A DNA stretch of 32,862 nucleotides, counting the filler, from Candidatus Woesearchaeota archaeon (GTDB lineage: Archaea > Nanobdellota > Nanobdellia > Woesearchaeales > JABGUJ01), in NCBI GenBank assembly GCA_018646625.1. It is 3 parts of 2 records of this genome, joined end to end, with 100 filler letters (N's around TTAATTAATTAA, not from the genome) between each part and the next. Parts side by side here need not be neighbours in the genome. Positions count along the whole stretch, not along the records: positions 10,709 to 32,862 come from JABGUJ010000003.1; 2 more parts are not named here. One strand, written 5' to 3'. A program made the translations under genes and the position numbers. How positions within the stretch are numbered: the first letter of the stretch is position 1; the number at the start of each line of letters is the position of its first letter. Of the stretch, positions 16,291-24,807 are shown in pieces. The notes below the pieces were generated by a model, which worked only from the letters and a program-made list of their open reading frames with translations, searched no databases and was not told where the DNA came from.

Positions 16291-18854
16291 TATGTTATTA
16301 TCCTCGATTTCGTTGCTTCTTCATGTATCGCCTTTAGCTTTTCTTTTAATTGAGACATGAAAGTATGAATCTGACCAACCATTTCTTTATGTGCTGCGAT
16401 TTTCTCAAGAACCTTACCACCACGCAAAACTTGTTGATGTAAATCAACAAAGTCTGCTAGAACTTCTTGTAACAAAATCTTTCGCACTTCTTCAGCTCTT
16501 GGTTTATGTTCCTGATCACCCAGCTTATCTTCCACCCTTTCAAGCTTATCCATAACTTCAGTTAAAGACAAGTCAACTCTAGTTAGTACCGAAACCAAAC
16601 TTTGAACAGTAAGATCTCTCTGGATCACAAGACCTTTAATACTTCCAAATTTTTCCTCACACTCTCTATTCCATTCAATTTTATGTTCTTCAGGTATCTT
16701 TAATTCTTCAAAGAGTTTTTTATAATGATCTAATGCGTGAGTTACATCTTCATGATCTCTAAAAAGGTGCTTCTGTCTTGAACCAATATTCTCAACATCT
16801 AACTTTTTCAACTCTTTTTTCAGAGCCTTAATCAGCGCGTCAACCTTTTTGTAATCCTCATCAGTCGCCTTACGTTCAACAAACACTTGATGCGTTGCAT
16901 GAGCCGCCTCTAAATGCTTAGCAATTCCTTCAACAACCGAATGTAAATTTTCAAGCAAAGCTTTTTCATCACTTAAATCGTGTTTAATGTCATCTTCTAA
17001 TTTCAAAATAGATTTATTCTCCAACCAAGCCTTAATGTCAGATTCAGCAGAGTTAAGTGCTTCAAGATTTCTATACTTAATTACAAGCATTCCGTCTTTA
17101 TACTCAAATACAATTTGATTTCCTGAATCTTGAACTAAAACATGTTTTCTCTTAACCTTCAACTCATCTAAAGAAATTGGCTCATGCATCTCTTCACCTT
17201 TTCGACGCACTACCGCGGTCTTAAGATGAGCACCGATAGGTATTTGAGCAAACTGTTCGAATCTTGACAAAGAAACAAAACCTTCTAAATCAATTGCCAA
17301 TTTGTTAGGATCCTTATTTTCAAGTTTATCTTTTATAGATTTTACTTGACCATCATATCCATCACTCTCAGATCTCACAGGTGTAGGTCGATCAGGAACT
17401 CTAGGCGCAGGAGGATGTGGAACTCTATGTTCTCGACTGTCCCATTTCCAATAATCGGTATTACCATTTTCACAGGCACCCAACGCAACAACTTTATTCC
17501 TATCTCTTGCAAAGTTAATACTTAAATCATCATCACTAAAATCAACATTAGCATTCGTTCCTTTAATCGGACCATCTAATTTACGACCAATGCCATTAGT
17601 ATACAAATTCATAGGTGAACGATGCTCAGCTTGTGATTCTCTAAACTCGCCCTCACTATCGAATAACCACCAAACATAATTGTATTCTCCCGTAGCAACT
17701 GGTGCCGGCGCTCCAGGCGTTGCAACAGTCACGTTTTTTTCAACAGTAGAACTACCACCAGGACCTGTAACTCTTAAACGAATTCTATAAGTACCCTCAT
17801 CATAGTACACTTTAGGATTAGGATCTCTTCTATTAAACGTAGTTCTATCTCCAAAATCCCAATCATATCTTGAAATTCTACCTGAAGAAGTATTTCTAAA
17901 TCTAACCAGTAGAGGAGCTTCACCAGTAACTGGAGCAACATCAAAATTAGCAGCGGGAGGAATTCTTCTAGGAGGTGTAGGTGGACGCGGTCCAGGAACA
18001 GGCCTTGCATCTTTAGCTTTCATCAAAACAACTTCAGATGCACAAGCCTTTAGCGCAGCAGGAGTGTAATAACAATAACCCCTATCTTTCCAACCAGGAC
18101 CATAACTATTTCTTACTTTGAATACTTCTTTTCTCTGTCCCCCATGAGAATAATCAGGAATATAACCAACAATCATCATCGCATGACCACCATAACTTGT
18201 AATTGGTTGATTATCAAAAACAGGACTGCTGTTATCAGAAAAAAAGTTATTATGATATCTATGCACACCAAGTTTCAAAACATGACCATCATGTAATGCT
18301 TGAATCCATTCATCGTGATTCGTACGAGATAATTCTCTATAATTCTCAAAAATCTTATTATTTCCTGCATCCCTAAATGCGCGATCATCAGGTCGTTCTG
18401 AAAACTTTCCCCCCAGACACCTATTTCTTCTGGGCCCGACATCATAACCAGGAACTGGTGTAGACACGGGACTAAATGACCATCTACTTTCTTTAGCACA
18501 ACCTAAGTTAATACTTTGACTAACATAGTCAGGATAATGTGATCCACGATTCTTATCTTTTTTATTATGATTACAAGGATCTGGCACGCCGGGATGCACA
18601 GCCCTATCAGACTCTCTACAAAAAGGCTCAGCACCAGGAGGTCTAAAATTCCACCAAAGAAACAACGGAGACATTCTGTGATCTGTTTTTACTCTACCGT
18701 CTTTTCTAAAGAGATAAAACTCAAACATACCAGCCATAGCAAAAGCCGCACAAGCTCCAAAAGGACTTTGATTTCTAACGGCTAACATGTTAACCGAATG
18801 ATCTATTGTAGGAATTCTCAACCCTCTTCTCCTTAGCTCGCTTACATTAACCAT
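16290..18854 (-). CDS. papain-like (C1A) cysteine protease + PKD domain + coiled-coil C-terminus; no signal peptide
   Basis: VRNQSPFGACAAFA (Gln, Cys), GGHAMMIVGY (His), VRNSYGPGWKDRGY (Asn); PKD signature ANF...GEAPL.V.F.NTS...YDWDFGD...GTY.I.L.VTGPGG. Confidence 0.9.
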   Translation of the reverse strand: MVNVSELRRRGLRIPTIDHSVNMLAVRNQSPFGACAAFAMAGMFEFYLFRKDGRVKTDHRMSPLFLWWNFRPPGAEPFCRESDRAVHPGVPDPCNHNKKDKNRGSHYPDYVSQSINLGCAKESRWSFSPVSTPVPGYDVGPRRNRCLGGKFSERPDDRAFRDAGNNKIFENYRELSRTNHDEWIQALHDGHVLKLGVHRYHNNFFSDNSSPVFDNQPITSYGGHAMMIVGYIPDYSHGGQRKEVFKVRNSYGPGWKDRGYCYYTPAALKACASEVVLMKAKDARPVPGPRPPTPPRRIPPAANFDVAPVTGEAPLLVRFRNTSSGRISRYDWDFGDRTTFNRRDPNPKVYYDEGTYRIRLRVTGPGGSSTVEKNVTVATPGAPAPVATGEYNYVWWLFDSEGEFRESQAEHRSPMNLYTNGIGRKLDGPIKGTNANVDFSDDDLSINFARDRNKVVALGACENGNTDYWKWDSREHRVPHPPAPRVPDRPTPVRSESDGYDGQVKSIKDKLENKDPNKLAIDLEGFVSLSRFEQFAQIPIGAHLKTAVVRRKGEEMHEPISLDELKVKRKHVLVQDSGNQIVFEYKDGMLVIKYRNLEALNSAESDIKAWLENKSILKLEDDIKHDLSDEKALLENLHSVVEGIAKHLEAAHATHQVFVERKATDEDYKKVDALIKALKKELKKLDVENIGSRQKHLFRDHEDVTHALDHYKKLFEELKIPEEHKIEWNRECEEKFGSIKGLVIQRDLTVQSLVSVLTRVDLSLTEVMDKLERVEDKLGDQEHKPRAEEVRKILLQEVLADFVDLHQQVLRGGKVLEKIAAHKEMVGQIHTFMSQLKEKLKAIHEEATKSRIIT

Positions 18855-18856
18855 TT

Positions 18857-19489
18857 TTATTCATCATCCTTTTTGCTTTCATCTCCCGCTTCCAACATTG
18901 CTTTAATGTCGTCCTCGCTAGGAGTATCCGTACTATCATCAACTTTAACATCAGGTATTTTAGGCACCCACTTATCTTCAACAGGAATTATTATCGATTC
19001 AAGAGTTCCATGATTTTTGCTTAAGTCATTTCCATGAATCGCTTCACCTTCTTGACCAAATCCATTATTACCTAACTTGCCCCTATTATCATATTCACTT
19101 TTTTCAACATGCGCGACTGCAATGTAACACCACCATCCTGTGGGCACTTTGTGAATTTCAAAATAACCTAAGTCGTCTACATTGACAGGTTCAAACGCAT
19201 GCTTGTTAGTGGTAACTGACTCATAAACTTCTTTGTGCTCTTTAGCAAGTCTGTCTAAATCTTTTGGTTCATAAGGATCATACAACTCCACTCCTTTTTC
19301 ACCTTGAATATGAATTTTTAAACGAACTAACGCAGGATGCAACGGTCTAGTTTTTGCATCATTATGATAACCCATAACATGACCTTGTAAACTAACATAT
19401 TCCAAAGTTTGTGGATGAGGTTTAGGTTCATCTGGTTTTATCTTAGGTTGAGGCTCTGGTTGCGGTTGTGGTTTTGGTTCATCTCCCAT
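18857..19489 (-). CDS. Pro-rich N-terminus + carboxypeptidase-regulatory-like beta domain; no signal peptide
   Basis: AGGAGG RBS; LQGHV....TRPLHPALVRL and VDDLGYFEIHKVPTG pattern. Confidence 0.7.
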   Translation of the reverse strand: MGDEPKPQPQPEPQPKIKPDEPKPHPQTLEYVSLQGHVMGYHNDAKTRPLHPALVRLKIHIQGEKGVELYDPYEPKDLDRLAKEHKEVYESVTTNKHAFEPVNVDDLGYFEIHKVPTGWWCYIAVAHVEKSEYDNRGKLGNNGFGQEGEAIHGNDLSKNHGTLESIIIPVEDKWVPKIPDVKVDDSTDTPSEDDIKAMLEAGDESKKDDE

Positions 19490-19490
19490 T

Positions 19491-20381
19491 TTAGTCCCTC
19501 CTTACTACTCCATCCATTTTTCCTCGAGGTTTCTCAATACCCCTAACGTGAGGATACCATTCATGAATTGGCTCAGGTATCCTCGGATCCGGTTCTGGCG
19601 TTGGTCCATCAGGCGTAGGCTCATCTGGCGCAGGTTCATCCCCTCCTGAAGGTGTTGGTGTATCAGAAGGTGTAGTCGAAGAATTATTATTCGCAGGCGT
19701 AGAAGAACTTGAAGAAGGTGATGATGATGAATTATTCCCAAAACTAAACTGAGTCTCATCACCATAACTATCAGAAGATCCGCTCTTATCTCCAAACATT
19801 CCAATCATCCAAAATATGCCACCTATCAAGAATATTAACCAACCCCACCACATAATATTAGGATAAGACATCAACATTCCCGCAGTTACCATTCCAAAAC
19901 CTGCAGCAGCCAGACCAAACTTCCAACTTTTCTCTCCAGATTCATTTTCAAATCCTTTGTAAACTACAAGGAACATTACTATTGCAATTAACAATCCACC
20001 AAAGGCACCGAATGGTGAAAGAATTCTTATCACAACTGTTCTAGGATCTGATCCAACAAAGATTGCCAACAATGATAACAAAGCCATAGATACAGCAACA
20101 ATCTTTCCTCTTTTGTTCAAGCCACCCTTGCCGCCTTTGAAAATATTAACTCTACCAAGTGCCGCAGCCATGATACCATACAACAAACAAAAGAATAATA
20201 ATACAGTAAAACCATAAACTACTACTCCGTTTGTAAAGAATCTAAAAAGATAATTAAAGAAATTTCCAAATGCGTTTATTGCACCATTAAAATAACTAGA
20301 AAGTGGTCTAGCATAAACTAAATTACTCATAAGAACAAGAAGCAATCCGCTTAATCCAATTATACTATTTCTTTTGTTCAT
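19491..20381 (-). CDS. signal peptide + 5-TM protein (paralog A) with Ser/Pro-rich tail
   Basis: VYA cleavage site; TM domain very similar to paralog C (VNIFKGG.GGLNK.GK, YKGFENESGEKSWK, PNIMWWGWL). Confidence 0.85.
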   Translation of the reverse strand: MNKRNSIIGLSGLLLVLMSNLVYARPLSSYFNGAINAFGNFFNYLFRFFTNGVVVYGFTVLLFFCLLYGIMAAALGRVNIFKGGKGGLNKRGKIVAVSMALLSLLAIFVGSDPRTVVIRILSPFGAFGGLLIAIVMFLVVYKGFENESGEKSWKFGLAAAGFGMVTAGMLMSYPNIMWWGWLIFLIGGIFWMIGMFGDKSGSSDSYGDETQFSFGNNSSSSPSSSSSTPANNNSSTTPSDTPTPSGGDEPAPDEPTPDGPTPEPDPRIPEPIHEWYPHVRGIEKPRGKMDGVVRRD

Positions 20382-20526
20382 TTTTCATACCCTTCAAAAC
20401 TTTAGCAATACAATATTCAACAGCATGGCTTCTATTTGCAAATCTGTATTCAGAAATTTCACTATCTAGAAGATCTAACAGCTCTTTCTCAACGCTGATA
20501 CTTATCTTTTCTTTGCCTTTAGCCAT
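20365..20526 (-). CDS. CopG/MetJ/Arc-type ribbon-helix-helix regulator (53 aa, absent from the ORF track)
   Basis: MAKGKEKISISVEKELLDLLDSEISEYRFANRSHAVEYCIAKVLKGMKNEQKK; KISISV ribbon and NRSHAVE helix; overlaps the start of paralog A. Confidence 0.88.
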   Translation of the reverse strand: MAKGKEKISISVEKELLDLLDSEISEYRFANRSHAVEYCIAKVLKGMKNEQKK

Positions 20527-20534
20527 CCTACCCA

Positions 20535-20616
20535 GTCATACTAATAAGCACGCAGTACGATAAAAACGCACCATAAATACAATAACAACACCAAGTATGA
20601 CCCAGTAGTATATAAA
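20535..20616 (-). promoter_or_regulatory. TATA box plus 8-bp inverted repeat pair (candidate RHH operator)
   Basis: TTTATATA on the minus strand (20609-20616); GTCATACT (20535-20542) and AGTATGAC (20594-20601). Confidence 0.5.
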
Positions 20617-20706
20617 ATTATTCGTAGAAAAAACCCAAAAAACGCTCAAAGCGCATAGAAACCTTTAAATAGGCGCCTAGACTCGTTAAAAACGAGGTGA
20701 TTGCAT

Positions 20707-21102
20707 ATGTTCGGATTTGAAGCTGAAAGGAGCATTCCAAGTCTCATTGTTGGTATAATTCTTCTCGCCCTTGGTGGCATACCCTTATTAGCAAACCTAG
20801 GAGTTATTCCTAATTTTCTACCGGGTGCACTAACGGGAATTATTGGAAGCATTGCACTATATCTTATCGCAGCTGGCGGTTTGTATATGATCATAGATGC
20901 ATTCTTAGAAGGACTAGATGAACCAAACGGCGTTGTTACATTGATAGTAGGGTTAATTATTGTTGCAGTAGGTATCATAAACATACTGAACAAATTTGGC
21001 ATACTAGGATTTAGCGTACCGTTCATGAACGAAATGGTTTATAATATCTTGTTCGTCGTTGAAGGATTATTCTTAGGAATAGGCGCATTTTTTATGCAAT
21101 AA
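20707..21102 (+). CDS. small 4-TM membrane protein
   Basis: GAGGTGA RBS at 20694-20700, TTTAAATA at 20664-20671; four hydrophobic helices in an internally repeated pair; T-rich tract after the stop. Confidence 0.82.
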   Translation: MFGFEAERSIPSLIVGIILLALGGIPLLANLGVIPNFLPGALTGIIGSIALYLIAAGGLYMIIDAFLEGLDEPNGVVTLIVGLIIVAVGIINILNKFGILGFSVPFMNEMVYNILFVVEGLFLGIGAFFMQ

Positions 21103-21151
21103 ATTTTTTTATTTTTATTTCACATTTATTTTTAGAAAAGAGGTGTTTGAT

Positions 21152-21868
21152 ATGGAAGTAATTCTCGAAAAAAAACCAAAGAATCCAGTAATAGTAGAAG
21201 GCTTTCCTGGTTTCGGTTTAATAGGTACAATCGGCACAGAATTCTTAATGAATAATTTAGAAGTGGAGCAGATCGGACAGATATACTTCGACGACATGCC
21301 TGCAGTTGTGGCCGTGCACGATCACAAGATCATACACCCATTCGGAATATACTACAACAAAAAACACAATCTAATCATAATTCACGCAATCACAAGTTCT
21401 GCAGGTTTGGAATGGAAGATCACCGAGGCAATACTAAAACTAGCAGACACATTACAAGCAAAAGAAATAATTTGCTTAGAAGGAGTCGGAAGTAACGACG
21501 CAAATAAAGAAGAACCCGAAACATATTATTACACTAATGAACCAAAAATGAAGAAAAAACTAGAGGAACTCAAAGTAAAACCTCTGAAAGAAGGAATAAT
21601 TATGGGCATCACAGGCACAATTTTGCTAAAAGGCAGCGATAAACATAAAGTATCATGCTTATTTGCAGAAACTCATTCTAAATTGCCAGACAGTCGAGCC
21701 GCAGCCAAGATAATAGGGGAAGTTAACAAATATTTGGCATTAGGTATAGACACAAAACCATTAATGGCACAAGCAGACAAGTTTGAAAAGAAAATCCAGT
21801 CATTAATGAGTAAAAGTATGGAAGCAACGCAGATGCAGAAAACAAAACGACCAAATTACTTTGGTTAA
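21152..21868 (+). CDS. proteasome assembly chaperone (PAC2 family)
   Basis: IVEGFPGFGLIGTIGTEFL, IICLEGVG, G.IMGITG.IL and LPDSRAAAKII; GAGGTG RBS. Confidence 0.9.
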   Translation: MEVILEKKPKNPVIVEGFPGFGLIGTIGTEFLMNNLEVEQIGQIYFDDMPAVVAVHDHKIIHPFGIYYNKKHNLIIIHAITSSAGLEWKITEAILKLADTLQAKEIICLEGVGSNDANKEEPETYYYTNEPKMKKKLEELKVKPLKEGIIMGITGTILLKGSDKHKVSCLFAETHSKLPDSRAAAKIIGEVNKYLALGIDTKPLMAQADKFEKKIQSLMSKSMEATQMQKTKRPNYFG

Positions 21869-22257
21869 TCTAAATCCAAAGGATTCGGATGTCGATTGTA
21901 TCTAAACAATGCGCCCTCTAAAGAAATACTATAGAGAGGTCCAAAAAAACGCTCAGTTTGATCTTTAGTAAGTTGACCTGGAGAGATATATTCTCCGTCG
22001 ACAACAGGAGCAAGAAAAGTATAAACATCTTCTCCAACTACAAACAACATCCAAGTAGATATAGGTTCATGAACAGAACCTAACATATCGACTGCCTCAC
22101 CAACAGTTCGTTCTAAATCTCTAGAAACATCATAACAACAAACATTACCATTACCTGGCGCAGTTACATAAACAGCAGAGATTGATTCATCATCAATACT
22201 TAACCTAGCAAGTAAATCTTGACCAGTAGTATGTTTTAATTTATCCAAATCCACCAT
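21865..22257 (-). CDS. hypothetical protein
   Basis: 130-aa ORF with GGAGGA RBS and a TTTATATA box upstream. Confidence 0.7.
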   Translation of the reverse strand: MVDLDKLKHTTGQDLLARLSIDDESISAVYVTAPGNGNVCCYDVSRDLERTVGEAVDMLGSVHEPISTWMLFVVGEDVYTFLAPVVDGEYISPGQLTKDQTERFFGPLYSISLEGALFRYNRHPNPLDLD

Positions 22258-22395
22258 AATTCCTCCCGAAATAACAAGTTTAAAAGTAATATATAAAACT
22301 AATCAAAAACAGATAGCAAAACAACCAATAAACACCAATACAGACTCCAAATCGAACGAATTTAGCAAAATAACCCCCGAAGAAGCAGTAATTTA

Positions 22396-23070
22396 CTGGT
22401 GCCTAAACTCACTTTTGCATTATTCACACTAAAACAACCATCAAAACCCCCAAAATAACCCATATTCTGGCCAAAAATTCTTGCCTAAAAATTACTATCA
22501 AAATATCAACAAAAAAGTGGCAAAATATTTTCTAGAAAAATCTAAAAAATACCCCAGATATCAGATTAAATAACATCCTACTAAAACACATCCTGAAAAC
22601 ATGATAATTTATCAAAAAAATACAAATGAACTCTCACTTTTTGCCAATTTTCTTTATAAAGTTTAAAAGGAGATCATAGAATACCCTATTTTATCAAAAT
22701 AAGCAAGCATTTTAGAATTATTTTCAATATGGAAAAATAAAACTAAAGAAAAAACCCATCAAACAAACAAAAAGTAAATCAAACAAACAAAATATCTAAT
22801 AAATAACATCCTTGAGAAACAAATAAAAAATTAATCAAAAAAAACAGAAAAATCACACTCAAAACAACAAAACAAACGAAAGTGAGAGAAATCATGCCGA
22901 CTTTATAAAGAAAACATCCAGAATGATCATAACTTTTAATCAAATACCAATAAATTAGGCACCAGCAGATCACATCACAAAATACAGCCTAAAACAGCCA
23001 AAAACCCCCAATTATTAGATAAAACAAGCAATTCAAGTAACATGACTCATCAGAAAAATATCAAAGTGAG
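22396..23070. repeat. set of inverted repeats in a long non-coding region
   Basis: CTGGTGCCTAA 22396-22406 / TTAGGCACCAG 22955-22965; TTTTCTTTATAAAGT 22648-22662 / ACTTTATAAAGAAAA 22900-22914; CTCACTTT at 22408 and 22633 / AAAGTGAG at 22879 and 23063. Confidence 0.7.
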
Positions 23071-23150
23071 AACTCCCTAAAACAAAACCAAACAAATAGC
23101 CCTTTCTCACCAAAAACACCACTAAAACTCAAACCCCCGAAAAAGGCACT

Positions 23151-23402
23151 TTATCTCGAGAAAAAACACATAATCGAGATAATCCCAAAACTACTCCGAA
23201 AACTACAAAAAACACAAAATAGCAACAAACCCCTAAATTCTGAAACTATCCCAACACCCTCTGGAACTATTCCGACCAGTAAACAATAATCCCGACAAAA
23301 CAGTTCAACCCCCTCTAACCCAATAACCCTGGTATAACAACAAGATCCTACAAAGCATGCAAGTTTCTCGCATTATCCCGTCCTGTTCGACGTTATCCCG
23401 AA
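23151..23402 (+). repeat. degenerate direct repeats (consensus ~YTATCCCGA)
   Basis: AACTATCCCAAC 23244, AACTATTCCGAC 23265, AATAATCCCGAC 23285, CATTATCCCGTC 23371, CGTTATCCCGAA 23391; weaker copies at 23151, 23180 and 23191. Confidence 0.7.
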
Positions 23403-23612
23403 TTTTAATTTAACTAATAAAATGTCGCAAAAACATCATGAAAATAAAACAAAAAAAGAATAGCAAACATCCAATCCAGAAAAAACTCAGCTAATTTTGC
23501 CCAATTCTAGTTTTGACAAAAGATTTCTAGCAAAACACAATAAATTACTATCAAGAAAACCAAAAACTACTGCGTAGTAAATAATATAAATGAGAAAAAA
23601 CGCAAGAAAAAC

Positions 23613-24125
23613 ATGAGAGAAATGAATTTAGCAGAAGCTAAAATTGGACAGCTATTGGTCGTCAGCATCCCAGGACCCGAGAACTACAGCTATATAGGAC
23701 ATTTAGAAGACACACCTAGAAGATGCTACGGAAATCCAGCACTTTACAAAGCAACCCTCTCACAAACACACCCTAATAGCGAAATAAGAGGTTTTGGCGC
23801 AACATGGGACGGCATATTTGAACCTTGGTGGCAACCGGGAGAAGCCAAGTCAAGACTCTCAATATCATTAGAAACAAGAGTAAAAGTGCTAAACGACGAT
23901 CCAAACTACCCTCTCCACCCCATCGATGAACTTTTAGATCATACAATGATTGGAGACATAGTTACACTAGCAGGGAATTTCACAACTGCAACAGGTGTAG
24001 TCTACAGAATTGGAGATGGAAATATTGGCTTAGCAACAAGAACTCAGGCAGAGTTCAGCAGATACGCAAGACACGTCAATACAAGACATTTTAGAAATTT
24101 TCGAGTATACAAAGATATTCTATAA
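23613..24125 (+). CDS. hypothetical protein
   Basis: 170-aa ORF; AATATAAA ~25 bp upstream suggests a leaderless transcript; no family recognised. Confidence 0.7.
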   Translation: MREMNLAEAKIGQLLVVSIPGPENYSYIGHLEDTPRRCYGNPALYKATLSQTHPNSEIRGFGATWDGIFEPWWQPGEAKSRLSISLETRVKVLNDDPNYPLHPIDELLDHTMIGDIVTLAGNFTTATGVVYRIGDGNIGLATRTQAEFSRYARHVNTRHFRNFRVYKDIL

Positions 24126-24257
24126 CCACTGGTCACTGGACATCTATTCGTGTGAGCCTTATATACTATTTCTGGCATCTTAATTACAGGAAAATAAATG
24201 ACGATAAAACATCGTCGACATAACCCAAGAATCCTTAAAAAAAAGTGAGGTGTTAGT

Positions 24258-24758
24258 ATGACTAAAATAATTCTAAATCAAAGAGAACCTGGTATGAACC
24301 CAAACAGCGACGAACTTGCAAGAGTGATTCTAGAGCGAATTGGACTAAATCCAAGAAAGTCCGGAGCCACGGATAAAATGCACAGAACACTTCTAGAACT
24401 TTATGAAAGATCAAAAGAAGCCGCCAAAGAAAAAGATCCTAAAAAATCAGTAATGACTGTTGAAGAAATGGGATATTTCGCAGGAATTTCAAGACAGACG
24501 ATGTATGACTACCTAAAACGCTGGTTAGATCTGAATCTCATAACAAAAACATCATTCATAGATAATCAAAAAGTCGTAATAGGTTACAAACTAAATGGCA
24601 ACACACTAGAGACTGCATTTGAGAAATCAATGGTACACATAAAAAATAACATGGAGCTCACCCTAAAGTACATAGGAGAACTGCAAAAAATAATCAAGAA
24701 TGAAAAAATAAGTCAACATCAACAAGGCAGGAAATTCGAAGAAGAGATTATGGGATGA
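24258..24758 (+). CDS. winged helix-turn-helix DNA-binding protein
   Basis: MTVEEMGYFAGISRQTMYDYLKRWLDLNLITK HTH followed by a beta-wing (KVVIGYKL); GAGGTG RBS. Confidence 0.8.
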   Translation: MTKIILNQREPGMNPNSDELARVILERIGLNPRKSGATDKMHRTLLELYERSKEAAKEKDPKKSVMTVEEMGYFAGISRQTMYDYLKRWLDLNLITKTSFIDNQKVVIGYKLNGNTLETAFEKSMVHIKNNMELTLKYIGELQKIIKNEKISQHQQGRKFEEEIMG

Positions 24759-24807
24759 TCCCGATCGACGATAGTTAGAATAGGCACTATAAAATAAAAA
24801 TAGAGAA

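Noticed and set aside
18820..18854. Tat signal in the protease (ELRRRGL)
   Set aside because: No hydrophobic h-region follows the arginines.
10709..20526. Provirus, transposon or diversity-generating retroelement explanation for the 5-TM locus
   Set aside because: No integrase, transposase, capsid, terminase or reverse transcriptase is visible, and paralog differences are not obviously adenine-specific.
22779..22973. 64-aa minus-strand ORF in the non-coding region
   Set aside because: Low-complexity F/L/V/C composition from the T-rich strand, GTG start and no RBS.
23151..23402. CRISPR array
   Set aside because: Repeats are ~9-12 bp, degenerate and ~20 bp apart; no cas genes in the window.
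22258..23612. Canonical archaeal oriC
   Set aside because: No recognisable ORB with G-string, no adjacent cdc6/orc1 and no visible skew inversion; kept only as an unexplained repeat region.
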